DNA of 64,000 nucleotides. Source: Mustelus asterias (taxonomy: Eukaryota). The position numbers and the translations under genes are program-made. Location: contig NC_135825.1 of NCBI RefSeq assembly GCF_964213995.1, positions 12,586,001-12,650,000 on the forward strand, in the 5' to 3' direction. Numbering within the stretch: the stretch's first letter is position 1; each line of letters begins with the position of its first letter. Shown here piece by piece: positions 10,713-23,468 of this stretch. The notes under the pieces are model-generated. The model saw only the letters and a program-made list of their open reading frames with translations. It was not told the origin of the DNA and ran no database searches.

Positions 10713-13705
10713 ATATCAGTCCTTCAATCCATCATTTAATTCCCCGAGCATCAACATCTGGAGGTTACCAGAAAACTGGACCCAGAAAATGCATACAGCG
10801 GCTGCAAGAGCAGATCAAAGGCTGGGAATTCTATTGTAAATAACTCACCTCCTAACTCCCCAAACCACGTCCAACATCTGTTTGGTCTGTTCCTGTGCGA
10901 TACTTTTCTTTTTAGTTTATTTTGGTCATCATAATCAGCACGGGCTTGGAGGGCTGAAGGGTCTGTTCCTAGAATCATAGAATCCCTACAGTGCAGAAGG
11001 AGGCCATTCGGCCCATCGAGTCTGCACCGACCCATAATCCCACCCAGGCCCTATTCCCGTAGCCCCTCATATTTACCCTGCTTATCCCCCTGACACGAGG
11101 GTTAATTTAGCATGGCTAATCAACCTAACCCGCACATCTTTGGACGGTGGGAGGAAACCGGAGCACCCAGAGGAAACTCACGCAGACACGGGGTCACAGA
11201 CGGTCACCCAAGCCGGGAATCGAACCTGGGTCTCTGGCGCTGTGCTAACCACTGTGCCACCATGCTGCCCCATGTCGTTCCTGTGCTGTACTTTTCTTCT
11301 TCTTTGATCTATCTATATGTCGAAAGTCAGGAACGTGGTGGAATACTCTCCACTTGCCCAGAGTGCAGCTCTAACAACACTCAAGAATTCAACACCATCC
11401 AGGACAAAGCAACCCTCTTCTTAAGCACTTCATCCACCACCTTAGACATTCATTCCCTCCACTCCCCACACACAGTGGTGACAGTGTGGACCAACTGCAA
11501 GATCCAAAAGGAATAAAGAAGAAAAAAATAACTTGCAGTTATATCGTGCCTTTCATGAACTAAAGATATCCATAAGTGCAAAACTATTAAAGAATGACTT
11601 TTGCAAGGCAAAATCTCTATTCAATTTACAAACTGCAGCTGCCAGTTTTTACACAGCAAGGACACACACTCATCAATGTGGAAATGAGATTGTTTGTACT
11701 GAGTAATAATGGTGACAATATTGTCCAGGAAATCAAGAGAATTCCCCTTCCCTTCCTCAAATAATCTTACGGGAACTAAGAGGTCAGACAGGGTGTCAGT
11801 TCTACTTGCCATCTGAACCACGGTACCCCTGACCATACAGCACCTCCTGAGCACTTCGCTAAAGAATGACTGACTCACTAGATTATGTGTGACTTGAATT
11901 TTATACTCAGAAGCACGAGTACAATTTATTAACCATTTATATGAGTGACCTCTCACCCCTGCTCATTTGGACCATTCCTCTTTTTCCCTCATTTTATGAC
12001 TAACTTCATAGTTTCCCATTTTTACACTTCCTCCTAACCAGTGTGAATCTTTTCCCATTGATCTTTAACATTTTTCTCAATGGGATGGGTGATTCTCTGG
12101 TTTATTAGACAGCCATTCCATTTGCACAGCAAACTCTCATTTCAAAAGTAATCCCAATGTCCCAAGAAATGGAAATTCCCCCTTGCTACATCATCTTTCC
12201 AGACACGTCTTTCCAGACATATGGGTTTCCTCCGGGTACTCCGGTTTCCTCCCACAGTCTGAAAGACGTGCTGGTTAGGTGCTTTGGCCATGCTAAATTC
12301 TCCCTCAGTGTACCCGAACAGGCACCGCAGAGTGTGGCGACTGGGGGATTTTCGCAGTAACTTCATTGCACTGTTAATGTAAGCCTTACTTGTGACAAAT
12401 AAAGAACAACAAAGAACAAAAGACAAAGAAAAGTACAGCACAGGAACAGGCCGTTCGGCCCTCCAAGCCTGTGCAGATCATGATGTCCTAACTAAACTAA
12501 AAATAAAACCTTCTGCCCTTACTTGGGCCATATCCCCTATTGCCTCCCTAATCATGTGCCCATCCAGATGCTTCTTAAATGTTGCTGATGTGCCTGCTTC
12601 CTCTGGCAGCGCATTCCAGGCATCCACCACTCTCTGAGTGAAAATCTTCCTCCACACATCTCCCTTAAGCTTTTCCCCCTTCACCTTGAACCTGTGCCCC
12701 CTTGTAATTGACTGCCTGAGGCCAATGGAGAATGCCGTTCTCCGAGCCCATAACAGCTTGCTGCCTTTTCCTGTTTCAATTTCCTTTATGTGCTGGAGGA
12801 AGCCAAGTTACTTCAGCCACACACACACACAACAGATGTGTGCAAAGAGGAAACATTCGAAACCAGTTCCGTCAAGTTGCTTGGAAAATGTTCAGAGCTC
12901 AGCCCCGAGTTGGAACTAAAACGGAACATCTTCTATTGGCCAATCATGAAACGTACATTAATGTGCTTGTGTTTCCAAATGCAATGACGGTGACGAATGA
13001 GCCCTGCCCTGCCCTTTGACCTACTGAGCAATGTGGCAAGCCCAGTTCATGCTGGTGAGCTCCCAATGCAAGGGACATCTGAGGTTATGCCAAACCTGGG
13101 ACTAAATACACGGTTGGTGCAATGCTAGTGGGGCAACTTCTCTTCTCTGACCACCACCCCGCTCACAGTTAGGCTTACATGGAATCATAGAATCCCTACA
13201 GTGCAGAAGGAGGCCATTTGGCCCATCCTGCCTTCACCGACAACAATGTCACCCGGGCCCTATCTCCGTAACCCCACGTATTTATCTTACTAATTTACTC
13301 TGAAACTTAGGGGCAATTTAGCATGGCCAATCAACCTATGGGCAGCACGGTGGCACAGTGGTTAGCACAAGTGCCTCACAGCTCCAGGGACCCGGATTCA
13401 ATTCCCGGATTGCGTCACTGTCTGTGTGGAGTTTTCACATTCTCTCCGCGCCTGCGTGGGTTTCCTCCGGGTGCTCCGGTTTCTTCCCACAGTCCGAAAG
13501 ATGTGCTGGTTATGTGCATTGGCCGTGCTAAATTCTCCCTCAGTGTATCCTAGCAGATGTTGGAGTGTGACCACTAGGGGATTTTCACAGCAGCTTCATT
13601 GCAGTGTTAATGTCAGCCTATGTGTGACATGAATTAATAAACTTTAAACTGCACTTCTTTGGAGTGTGGGAGGAAACTGAAGCACCCAGAGGAAATCCAC
13701 GCAGA

Positions 13706-15197
13706 TAGAACATTGAACATAGAACATAGAGCAGTACAGCACAGAACAGGCCCTTCGGCCCACGATGTTGTGCCGAGATTTATCTGAAACCAAGATCAAG
13801 CTATCCCACTCCCTATCATCCTGGTGTGCTCCATGTGCCTATCCAATAACCGCTTAAATGTTCCTAAAGTGTCTGACTCCACTATCACTGCAGGCAGTCC
13901 ATTCCACACCCCAACCACTCTCTGCGTAAAGAACCTACCTCTGATATCCTTCCTATATCACCCACCATGAACCCTATAGTTATGCCCCCTTGTAATAGCT
14001 TCATCCACCCGAGGAAATAGTCTTTGAACGTTCACTCTATCTATCCCCTTCATCATTTTATGAACCTCTATTAAGTCTCCCCTCAGCCTCCTCCGCTCCA
14101 GAGAGAACAGCTCTAGCACCCTCAACCTTTCCTCATAAGACCTACCCTCCAAACCAGGCAGCATCCTGGTAAATCTCCTCTGCACTCTTTCCAGCGCTTC
14201 CACATCCTTCTTATAGTGAGGTGACCAGAACTGCACGCAATATTCCAAATGTGGTCTCACCAACGTCCTGTACAGTTGCAGCATAACCCCACGGCCCTTA
14301 AACTCCAACCCCCTGTTAATAAAAGCTAACACACTATAGGCCTTCTTCACAGCTCTATCCACTTGAGTGGCAACCTTTAGAGATCTGTGGATATGGACCC
14401 CAAGATCTCTCTGTTCCTCCACAGTCTTCAGAACCCTACCTTTGACCCTGTAATCCACATTTAAATTAGTCCTACCAAAATGAATCACCTCACATTTATC
14501 AGGGTTAAACTCCATTTGCCATTTTTCAGCCCAGCTTTGCATCCTATCTATGTCTCTTTGCAGGCTACAACAGCCCTCCACCTCCACTACTCCACCAATC
14601 TTGGTGTCATCAGCAAATTTACTGATCCACCCTTCAGCCCCCTCCTCTAAGTCATTTCCTTGCGGTCTTGGGCAGAGCATTTCTATTCCCTTTCTTAAAC
14701 AGAGGAACAACATTCGCCACTCTCCAGTCCTCTAGCACCATCCCCGTGGACAGTGAGGACCCAAAGATCAAAGCCAAAGGCTCTGCAATCTCATCCCTTG
14801 CCTCCCAAAGAATCCTAGTATACATTTCATCAGGCCCAGGGGACTTATCGACCTTCAGTTTATTCAAAACTGCCAGTACATCCTCCCTCCGAACATCTAT
14901 TTCCTCCAGCCTATTAGCCTGTAACACCTTCCCTTCCTCAAAAACATGGCCCCTCTCCTTGGTGAACACTGAAGAAAAGTATTCATTCATCACCTCGCCT
15001 ATTTCTACTGACTCCATACACAAGTTCCCACTACTGTCCTTGACCGGCCCTAACCTCACCCTGGTCATTCTTTTATTCCTCACATAAGAGTAAAGAGCCT
15101 TGGGGTTTTCCTTGAACCGACCCGCCAAGGACTTCTCATGTTCCCTCCTAGCTCTCCTATGCCCCTTTTTCAGCTCATTCCTTGCTAACTTGGAACA
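13706..15197 (-). mobile_element. CR1 LINE with internal deletion
   Basis: KSPGPDEM...DWRVANVVPLFKKG jumps to DLEEG...KFADDTK...RPHLEYC. (ATAGAAC)n tail at the left end. Confidence 0.92.
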
Positions 15198-16725
15198 ATG
15201 AGATGTGGGGAGAACGTACAAACCCAGCCAAGGTTACCCGAGGCCGGAATTGAACCCGGGTCCCTGATGCTGTGAGGCAGCAGTGATCATCACTGTGCCA
15301 CCGTGCCATCTGTTTAAGCCTGTTTTCCAGTAGGTTTATACTCCACTTTCCAGACATCACTACTCCTGCAGGCTATTCACATCCTGGAATCACCATCATT
15401 TGACATGCTTCACATTGATATTACCATTCTTTAATAGGGAAAAAAAATAGGAGTGGCGTTGGAATTGCTCAGTGCTTGTGAAGCATTCCAGTGGGAGGGT
15501 TGGAGAAGAATTGGCCTGAATCTGGTTATCCTGTGTCTGGTCTGAGTCTGTGCTGGGAGTTCCCGTTCTTCCCACCACTTCATTGATAGCAAGGGGGTGG
15601 AGCTCGCTAGGGGCAGAGCCACAGCAGAACTGAGCGGCACGGTGGCACAGTGCTTAGCACTGCTGCCTCACAGTGCCAGGGACCCGGGTTCGATTCCCAG
15701 CTTGGGTCACTTGGGTCCGTGTGGAGTCTGCACGTTCTCCCCGTGTCAGCGTGGGTTTCTTCCGGGTGCTCCGGTTTCCTTCCACAGTCCGAAAGATGTG
15801 CTGGTTAGGTGCATTGGCCATGCTAAATTGATGCTCAGTGTTCCAAGTTGCATTGGTTAGGGGGCATTAGGGGTTATGGAGATTGGGCGGGGGGTTGGTC
15901 TATGTGTGGGCCTGGGTAAGATGCTGAGTCGGTGCAGACGTGAGGGGCTGAATAGCGTCCTTATGTACTGTAGGGATCCTATGATTCGATGATTCTAGCT
16001 GCATGCATATTGTGTGCTAACCCTAGCAATGTCTGATCAGATCATTGTTGGAAGATCCCTGATGATTCAACCCCAGTGCTGAATGCCAGATGACAGTCCA
16101 GGGAATTCTCCAGTCCAGGGAAATGTTACCCATGTTTCATAGTAACTATATTGACAATGGACAGTGAGTCAACTTTAGCAAGTGCTTATAAACCAAACAC
16201 TTACTGTGGAAACCTAGCAACAAAGAGGTATCCATATATATCTCAGACCACAAGAGTTTGCACATTAAAAGGTGATATTTCACACAAAATTGAAGCTTGG
16301 TTTTTGGGCTGATACCTCAAGAAAGTTCACCACATCATCTCAGCAATGACTCACACACAACAAAACTCGTAGAAAAGCTACGTCCCACACATTTAACACA
16401 TTTGCTTCACCCATTGAACCACAAGTATTTTGACCTTTTTTCTCATCTGTACTTTGTTGTTAGAATATCGACTGACATTAAAGTTAAATTCCAACAGGCC
16501 AGTTTTCATCAAAGCAATTGAAACCGCTTGATTTTAAAACGTTTTTACTCCATTCTTAAAGTTACAAAGCCAATGTGCAGAGTGGACCGGGTAAGCCTTT
16601 AACCCAAGTCCTTGCTTGCTCCAAAAACCAATTCAAATTGGATCCAATTCATGGTCCCCACAAGAGAGACAACAAGATCTGAGCTGACAAGATAAGGCAT
16701 TGCACCTGATTTTGGGCTTAATCTG

Positions 16726-16759
16726 ACGCTCGATCTTAGCCAAAAGGCTGAGAAGCGAT
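16726..16759 (-). pseudogene. U2 snRNA 5'-end fragment (3'-truncated pseudogene)
   Basis: Minus strand ATCGCTTCTCAGCCTTTTGGCTAAGATCGAGCGT versus U2 ATCGCTTCTCGGCCTTTTGGCTAAGATCAAGTGT; starts exactly at U2 nt 1. Confidence 0.85.
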
Positions 16760-16814
16760 TTAACAAATTAGTACTTCAAAAATATGCAACCTTGCCACAA
16801 CAGGCGGACATGCT

Positions 16815-17370
16815 GGCTAAATTCCACCCTATGGTTAAGAAAGCCCACCAACGCCTCTACTTTCTCAGAAGACGTAAGAAATTTGGCATGTCTGCTACAA
16901 CTCTCATCAACTTTTACAGATGCACCATAGAAAGCATTCTTTCTGGCTGTATCACAGCTTGGTATGGGCTCCTGCTCTGCCCAAGACCGCAAGGAACTAC
17001 AAAAGGTCGTGAATGTAGCACAGTCCATCGCTCAAACCAGCCTCCCATCCATTGACTCTGTCTACACTTCCCGCTGCCTTGGAAAAACTGTCAGCATAAT
17101 TAAGAACCCCACGCACCCGGTACATTCTCTCTTCCACCTTCTTCCATCGGGAAAAAGATACAAAAGTCTGAGATCACGTACCAACCGACTCAAGAACGGC
17201 TTCTTCCCTGCTGCTGTCAGACTTTTGAATGGACCTACCTTGCACTGAGCTGATCTTTCTCTACACCCTAGCTATGACTGTAACACTACATTCTGCATTC
17301 TCTCTTTTCCTTCTCTATGAACGGTATGCTTTGTCTGTATAGCGCGCAAGAAACAATACTTTTCACTGTT
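16815..17370 (+). mobile_element. Rex1/Babar-type non-LTR retrotransposon 3' end
   Basis: KKAHQRLYFLRR...FYRCTIESILSGCITAWYG and HSLFHLLPSGKRY...RLKNGFFP, frameshifted. Confidence 0.8.
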
Positions 17371-18286
17371 AACTCCCTTGCTCTTCTTCGGAATAGTATC
17401 CATGGAACCATTAATATCCACCCGAGAGAGCAAGTGGGGCCTTAGCTTAACCTACCAACTAATAGGTGAGGTTGTCCATTACTACCGTGCTACAGAGTCA
17501 GACTGAATTTTGTACTCAAGTTCTGGAGACAGAATTTAACAGTTGGTGGGGGACCACACCCGAGGCATGACAGCTATTTCACACTCTGAGGAGACTAATT
17601 AGCTGAAGATGGGCCCTCCGCCCTCAGCTGGAGAGGAAACCCTGCCATCTGATTGGCCAGTGACTTGCTGATGTCCAGAGAGCAGCCATTGGGAGCAGTG
17701 GCCAGTACCAGGACCAGAAGACCAGGAGCCCGATGGAAGGGGAGTTTGGAGGGTCCTTAGTGGGGTTGGGGCATGAGGCCCCAGGGGTGTGGGGGAGGAG
17801 AGGACTGGGAAAAGAAGATAGGAGATAAGATAAAGTAAGTAAAGTGAAGTAAAAGTAAAGTAAAATTAATTTATTAGTCACAAGTAAGGCTTACATTAAC
17901 ACTGCAATGAAGTTACTGTGAAATTCCCCTAGTCGCCACAGTCCGGCGCCCTGTTCAGGTCAATGCACCTAATCAGATACACAGGCTGGGGGAGGGGTAA
18001 TGGGGGAGGGAACACCCAGTGTAGGTGGGGTGTGAGACTGACACTGGGGACCATCTCCCCCTCAGAAAATAGGACCCATGAAGGAGGCAGCCCCCATCTT
18101 TCTCACTAGTGGCCCAAACAAGCTAACCTACCAGGCTTCTTCAAACCCCTCCCCATACACACATACACCACCCATGCCAGCGCCAACCTCCTCCCATTGG
18201 CTGGCAAATTGCGATCGGGCAAGAAATGGCCCTTAAGTGAACATTAATTGGCTCATTCTACTGCCGCGCACTTTCCTCGTGGTAAT

Positions 18287-18487
18287 TGTTATATATATGA
18301 AAGGGCTGCAGGGTTGCTTTAAGAGCTAATCACATGATTTGATGGTGATGTCATCAGAGTGTTGCAGAGTTTCAGTTTACACTCGGTGCAGGTAAGAGCA
18401 ACAAGAATAGATCTATTGTAAGTTAATTTGGATCCATGTGGGCAAACCACCTCTTTACCTTTTGTCTAAAATCCATAATTCCTAACA
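18287..18487. mobile_element. Possible solo LTR
   Basis: TGTTA...TAACA termini; imperfect 4-bp flanks TAAT/TATT. Confidence 0.35.
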
Positions 18488-18500
18488 TATTTGCATGGTG

Positions 18501-19515
18501 GCACAGTGGTTAGCTCTGCTGCCTCACAGCGCTAGGGACCTGGGTTCGATTCCCGGCTTGGGTCACTGTCTGTGTGGAGTTTGCACATTCTCCCCGTGTC
18601 TGTGTGGGTCCCCTCCAGGTGCTCCGGTTTCCTCCCACAGTCCGAAAGACGTGCTGGTTAGGTGCATTGGCCGTGCTAAATTGCCCCTCAGTGTACCCGA
18701 ACAGGTGCCTAGGGGAGTGTGGCGACTAGGGGAATTTCACAGTAACTTCATTGCAGTATTAATGTAAGCCTTACTTGTGACTAATAAATAAATTTTAACT
18801 TTAGTTATGACATTACATTAATCCACTTTGCATTCTCAGGTCGAGTATTGATGGATAAAACATCCCAGTGCCAATGATGCCCAGACATCAGGAATCCAAC
18901 ACTTCCATAGGCCTCATGGACAAGAATCTCTGACGGGGGTCAGACTTACCGACTTACCTTCCTGCAATTGTTCCACCTTCCAATGGAAGGTCCGTTCAAA
19001 CACATACAGAGCAGGGAGCAGTGCAGGGAATTGTCACAGAAGCCATGCCCAAATTATCACGGCATTATTTGTTGTTTTTTTTTCATATGATGTGGTTGTC
19101 ACTGACTAGGCCATCTTTTATTGCCCATCCCTAATTGCCCTTGAGAAGGTGGTGTTGAGCTTCCTGCTTGAACCACTGCAGTCCCGTGTGTGTGGTGTAG
19201 GTACACCCACAGTGCTGTTAGAAGCAATTAGGAATGAGCAAAGGATTCTGGCCTAGCCAGCCACGGCCACATCCCGGCAGCAAATAATAAAAAACAAAAC
19301 TGTTTCAGCCACTCCAATTCCCGCCAGGTTGCAGTTGGTCAGCTTCAGAGCATTCTTCCATGCTTCCCATACCATGACGATCTCCAGAGGTCAGAAGGTG
19401 AACTCTTAATGAAGCTTCTAGTGATGGACGGCACAGCGGCACAGTGGTGAGCACTTTTACCTCACAGCGCCAGAGATCTGGATTCGATTGCCGGCTTGGG
19501 TCACTGTCTGTGTGG
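18501..19515 (+). repeat. Left arm of ~1-kb inverted duplication (partner 23469-24483)
   Basis: Reverse-complement match over the whole arm, including non-SINE sequence. Confidence 0.95.
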
Positions 19516-20088
19516 AGTCTGCCCGTTCTCCCCGTGTCTGCGTGGGTTTTCTCCGGGTGCTCCGGTTTCCTCCCCACTCCAATGACGTGTAGGTTAGGTG
19601 GATTGGCCATGCTAAATGTGTAGGGTTATGGGATAGGGTAGGGGGGCTGGGACCTGGCCTCTTTCGGAGGGTTGGTGCAGACTCGATGGGTCCGAAATGT
19701 CAAAGTCCAGAAGTTGTTTCCTTTGTGGCTGAGTTCAGTCATGATGAGTGTCTGGACCGCACATACATAGAAAATAGAAGCAGCAGTAGACTGCTCTGTC
19801 TTCCCCCCACAGTCCAAAGATGTGCGGGTTAGATTGATTGGCCGTGCTAAATTGACCCTTAATGTCAGGGGGTTTAGTGGAGTAAATATGTGGGGTTATG
19901 GGAAAAGGGCCTGGGTGGGTTTGTTGTCGGTGCAGGCTCGATGGGCTGAATGGCCTCCTTTTGTACTGTAGGGATTCTATGAGTTCCATCTGCTCAATTA
20001 ACAAGATAGTTGACTTCATTTTTCTGTCCTTTGTCCACCCAACACCAACCTCCCCCCTGCCCCTGCAAGTATGTCCTCAGGAAAGTCA

Positions 20089-20616
20089 TGATGTGGAGAT
20101 GCCGGCATTGGACTGGGGTGAACACAGTAAGAAGTCTCACAACACCAGGTTAAAGTCCAACAGGTTTATTTGGTAGCAAATACCATAAGCTTTCGGAGCG
20201 CTGCTCCTTTGTCAGATGGAGTGGAAATGTGCTCTCAAACAGTGCAAACAGACACAAAATCAAGTTGCAGAATACTGATTAGAATGCGAATCCCTACAAC
20301 CAGTTAGGTCTTAAAGGTACAGACAATGTGGGTGGAAGGAGCATTAAACACAGGTTAAAGACCTGTGTTTTTAACCTGTGTCTTTAACCTGTGTTTAATG
20401 CTCCCTGCACCCACATTGTCTGTACCTTTAAGACCTGGCTGGCTGTAGGGATTCGCATTCTAATCAGTATTCTGCAACTTGATTTTGTGTCTGTTTGCAC
20501 TGTTTGAGAGCACATTTCCACTCCATCTGACGAAGGAGCAGTGCTCCGAAAGCTTATGGTATTTGCGACCAAATAAACCTGTTGGACTTTAACCTGGTGT
20601 TGTGAGACTTCTTACT
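20089..20616. mobile_element. Foldback Penelope-derived insertion (two inverted pLTR ends)
   Basis: Arms 20126-20362 and 20380-20616; TSD ctcaggaaagtca (20076-20088 / 20615-20627). Homologous to the Penelope 3' region at 9960-10170. Confidence 0.88.
20523..20559 (+). ncRNA. Minimal hammerhead ribozyme
   Basis: CCAU-CUGACGA-A-GGAGC-AGU-GCUCC-GAA-AGCU-U-AUGG. The mirror copy at 20183-20219(-) has a core mutation (CUGACAA). Confidence 0.75.
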
Positions 20617-22119
20617 CAGGAAAGTCAGCAGAGTTGGGTACAGAGATGACAGGCCTTTTCACATTGTCCCGGTGATGGCATTTTGTTTTGCCATCCCACC
20701 TCTGTTCCATCCCATTTCGAGATGGGGAAATCTGGCCCCTGACGTCTGCAACTTCAGTTAAATGCAAAACTCTACACGTCACCGTCAGCTCGCGGTGCAC
20801 TACAGAAAGTCCTGCAGGTGGCAAAGGTTCCCCCTTTACACTGTGACAATATTACTGCTATTACAAAAGCTAGAAACATACATCTTGTTAATGAGGCCTA
20901 ACTGGCTTTTTAGTAGCATATTGAATCATAATTACTGCTAAAAAGACCTCTCTGGTCCTAGAAAGAAAATTACATTTTATGTAAGGTCAAGTTTTTCCTA
21001 TTAGTATCAAGTTTTTAATTTAATTGTTTTTAAAAGTTTGTTTACGATATTTCAGCTTCTAATGTAGGGCGGCACGGTGGCGCCAGTGGTTAACAGGGCC
21101 AGGGACCCGGGTTCCATTCCCGGCTCGGGTCACTGTCTGTGTGGAGTTTGCACATTCTCCTGGTGTCTGCGTGGGTTTCCTCCGGGTGCTCCGGTTTCCT
21201 CCCACAGCCCAAAGATGTGCGGGTTAGGTTATGCCAAATTGCCCCTTGGTGTCCCAAGCTGGATAGGTTAGGGGGATTAGCCATGCTAAATGCGCAGCGT
21301 TACAGGGGTAGGGCAGGGGGTGGGGCCTGGGTAAGAAGCTCTGTCGGAGAGCTGATGCAGACTCGATGGGCCGAATGGCCTCCTTCAGCACGTGGGGACT
21401 CTGTGATTCCAATGGTAATGTGTATGTCTCAATCGCTCCCTGTAAAACCTATAATAAGTGAAGGAAGGTCAGTTTTTTTCCTGGTTCGATGTGATTGGCC
21501 TCTTGCCCTGCTCGACCGCGCATCACTGTGACTGGAAACCAGGAGATCACCGGGATTTGGTGATCTGAAGAGGTGACGTTCATGTTACCCGAATCAGTGG
21601 ACAGCTTTTCCCCAGGCCAGCAGCAACTCTCCGACAGCAGCAAGCACCATCGCTTTGCACTGACTGCAAACTCCAACCCAATGAATTTCCAGACCACAGT
21701 TCAGATTCAATAAATACATAATAAGCACCGCACAACGAGGTGTGGAGTAGCAAGTCACAGTCGGCTGCAGTGACACCCAGCAGCTAAAGACTTGAACTGC
21801 ATTAGAAACACAAACATATAGACGTCTAGAAACTCTCAGCAGGTCCGATCATTATTCTTCCAGATATGAATGGGAAATGTCCCATGTTACGTTGACAGTA
21901 CCTATGCCAGGCTGCACCTGCATACGCTTGAATTTAAACGTAAATCTTCCTCATTCTTTAAATTTCAATTAAGTTCAGACTTTTGATGCAACTCCTCCAT
22001 GCCACGCTGCACTGTTGGCCTAACATCTCAGTCAGCCTGTCCTCCACCTTCCCCACTATCCTTCCCACACCCCACTGGAGCAGGGCAGGCCCCGCTGAAG
22101 TAGGTTGGCACTGCCCCGC

Positions 22120-22355
22120 TGATGCACCATCAATCGAGCAAAGACTAGTTTGTATGCAAGAAGAAATAGGCTTTTATTGGCAAAAGACTTGGAGCACACC
22201 CATGCCGATGAACTGGTCCAGACTGAGGCAGGGGGGTGGGGAGCAGTCGCCTTTATACCTGGACCGGGGGGGGGAAGGAGTCTCGGGTAGGGCCGGCAGG
22301 GATGTGTCCAGGCAGGTCACATATACAGGTAATAAGCTAACAGTGGTTTACCACA
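22120..22355 (-). mobile_element. Solo LTR (subfamily A)
   Basis: TGTGGT...GCATCA termini, GGTATAAA and AATAAA inside, 5-bp TSD CCCGC. Confidence 0.85.
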
Positions 22356-23468
22356 CCCGCAATATTGAGGAACTGCTGCACTGTTGGATTTTGGATAAGG
22401 CGACAAACTGAGGCCTAGAGATTGCCATCTCAGGGTCACACCAGAGATCCCAGGGCGCTGTCTCAAGGTCGGGCAGGGGAGTTCTTCCTTCTGTCCTCAC
22501 CAATATTTATCCCCCAGTCGGCAACAAGGAAATAAACGACCCTGGTCATTATCAGACTCCTCTTTGTGTGATCTTGCTGTGCACAGATAGGCTCCTGTAT
22601 TTACCTACATTCTAGCACTGGTAGATTTTGATATTATTTCATTGGCTGCATTGGGACATCTTCATCAGCGGACCCTGCGTAGCGTGGAAACGATAAACTT
22701 GGTGCACAAAGCGCTGCAGCAAAATAGAGAGAGAGGTGACATATCGGGGGTAACCTGAGAGAAATGCTTACGCTGGAACATTCCCGGTGGGAATCGGTGG
22801 GATGTTCTGGTCCTGCCGATGGCACACTCCCTGCCCCGGGATTCCCGACGGCTTCACTGGGAAATCCCATGGACAGCGGTGGGGCCAGAAGATCCGCCCA
22901 CCGGCCAATGACAGGAGCCTCCCTGCACCACTGAGAAAAACACCTCGGGGAGGCCAGAGAATCCCGCTCACAGTCTAGTCCAGCAAGCTGCTCAACTGCA
23001 TCTGACTGTACCTCCCAAAGGTGTCATAACAGCAACAGAGCGATCCGCGCACAACCCTCCCACACTCAGTCACATTGTTGGAGAGTTGGTAGCTTTGCGC
23101 TGATAATGGGGTGAGGGCGGGGAGGGTGCAGGGATCTATACGCACTGGATAACCCGACTTCAGACCGCCTCGGCCGTGCCTCCGACCACCCAGGGGCTTC
23201 CGAGACCCCCGACATGGCCATCGTGCGAGGTCTTCGCTGGTGGAGACCAGTAATGTTTCTCACCCTTCTCGCATCACGTCCACAGACCGGGGGCTTGCGT
23301 GCGCTGGGAGTCAAACAAGCTTTGCATGTCCAAATGCCACTATAAATATGCTTATCATCTCACACCCTTTCTGGGAGTGATCTGGTTCGTGCCATTTGAA
23401 AGGGGCCGGGAGAACTCGCAAACTGTTTGGCACCAGAAGTGAAACAGATTTTTAGGCTCCCCACGCCC

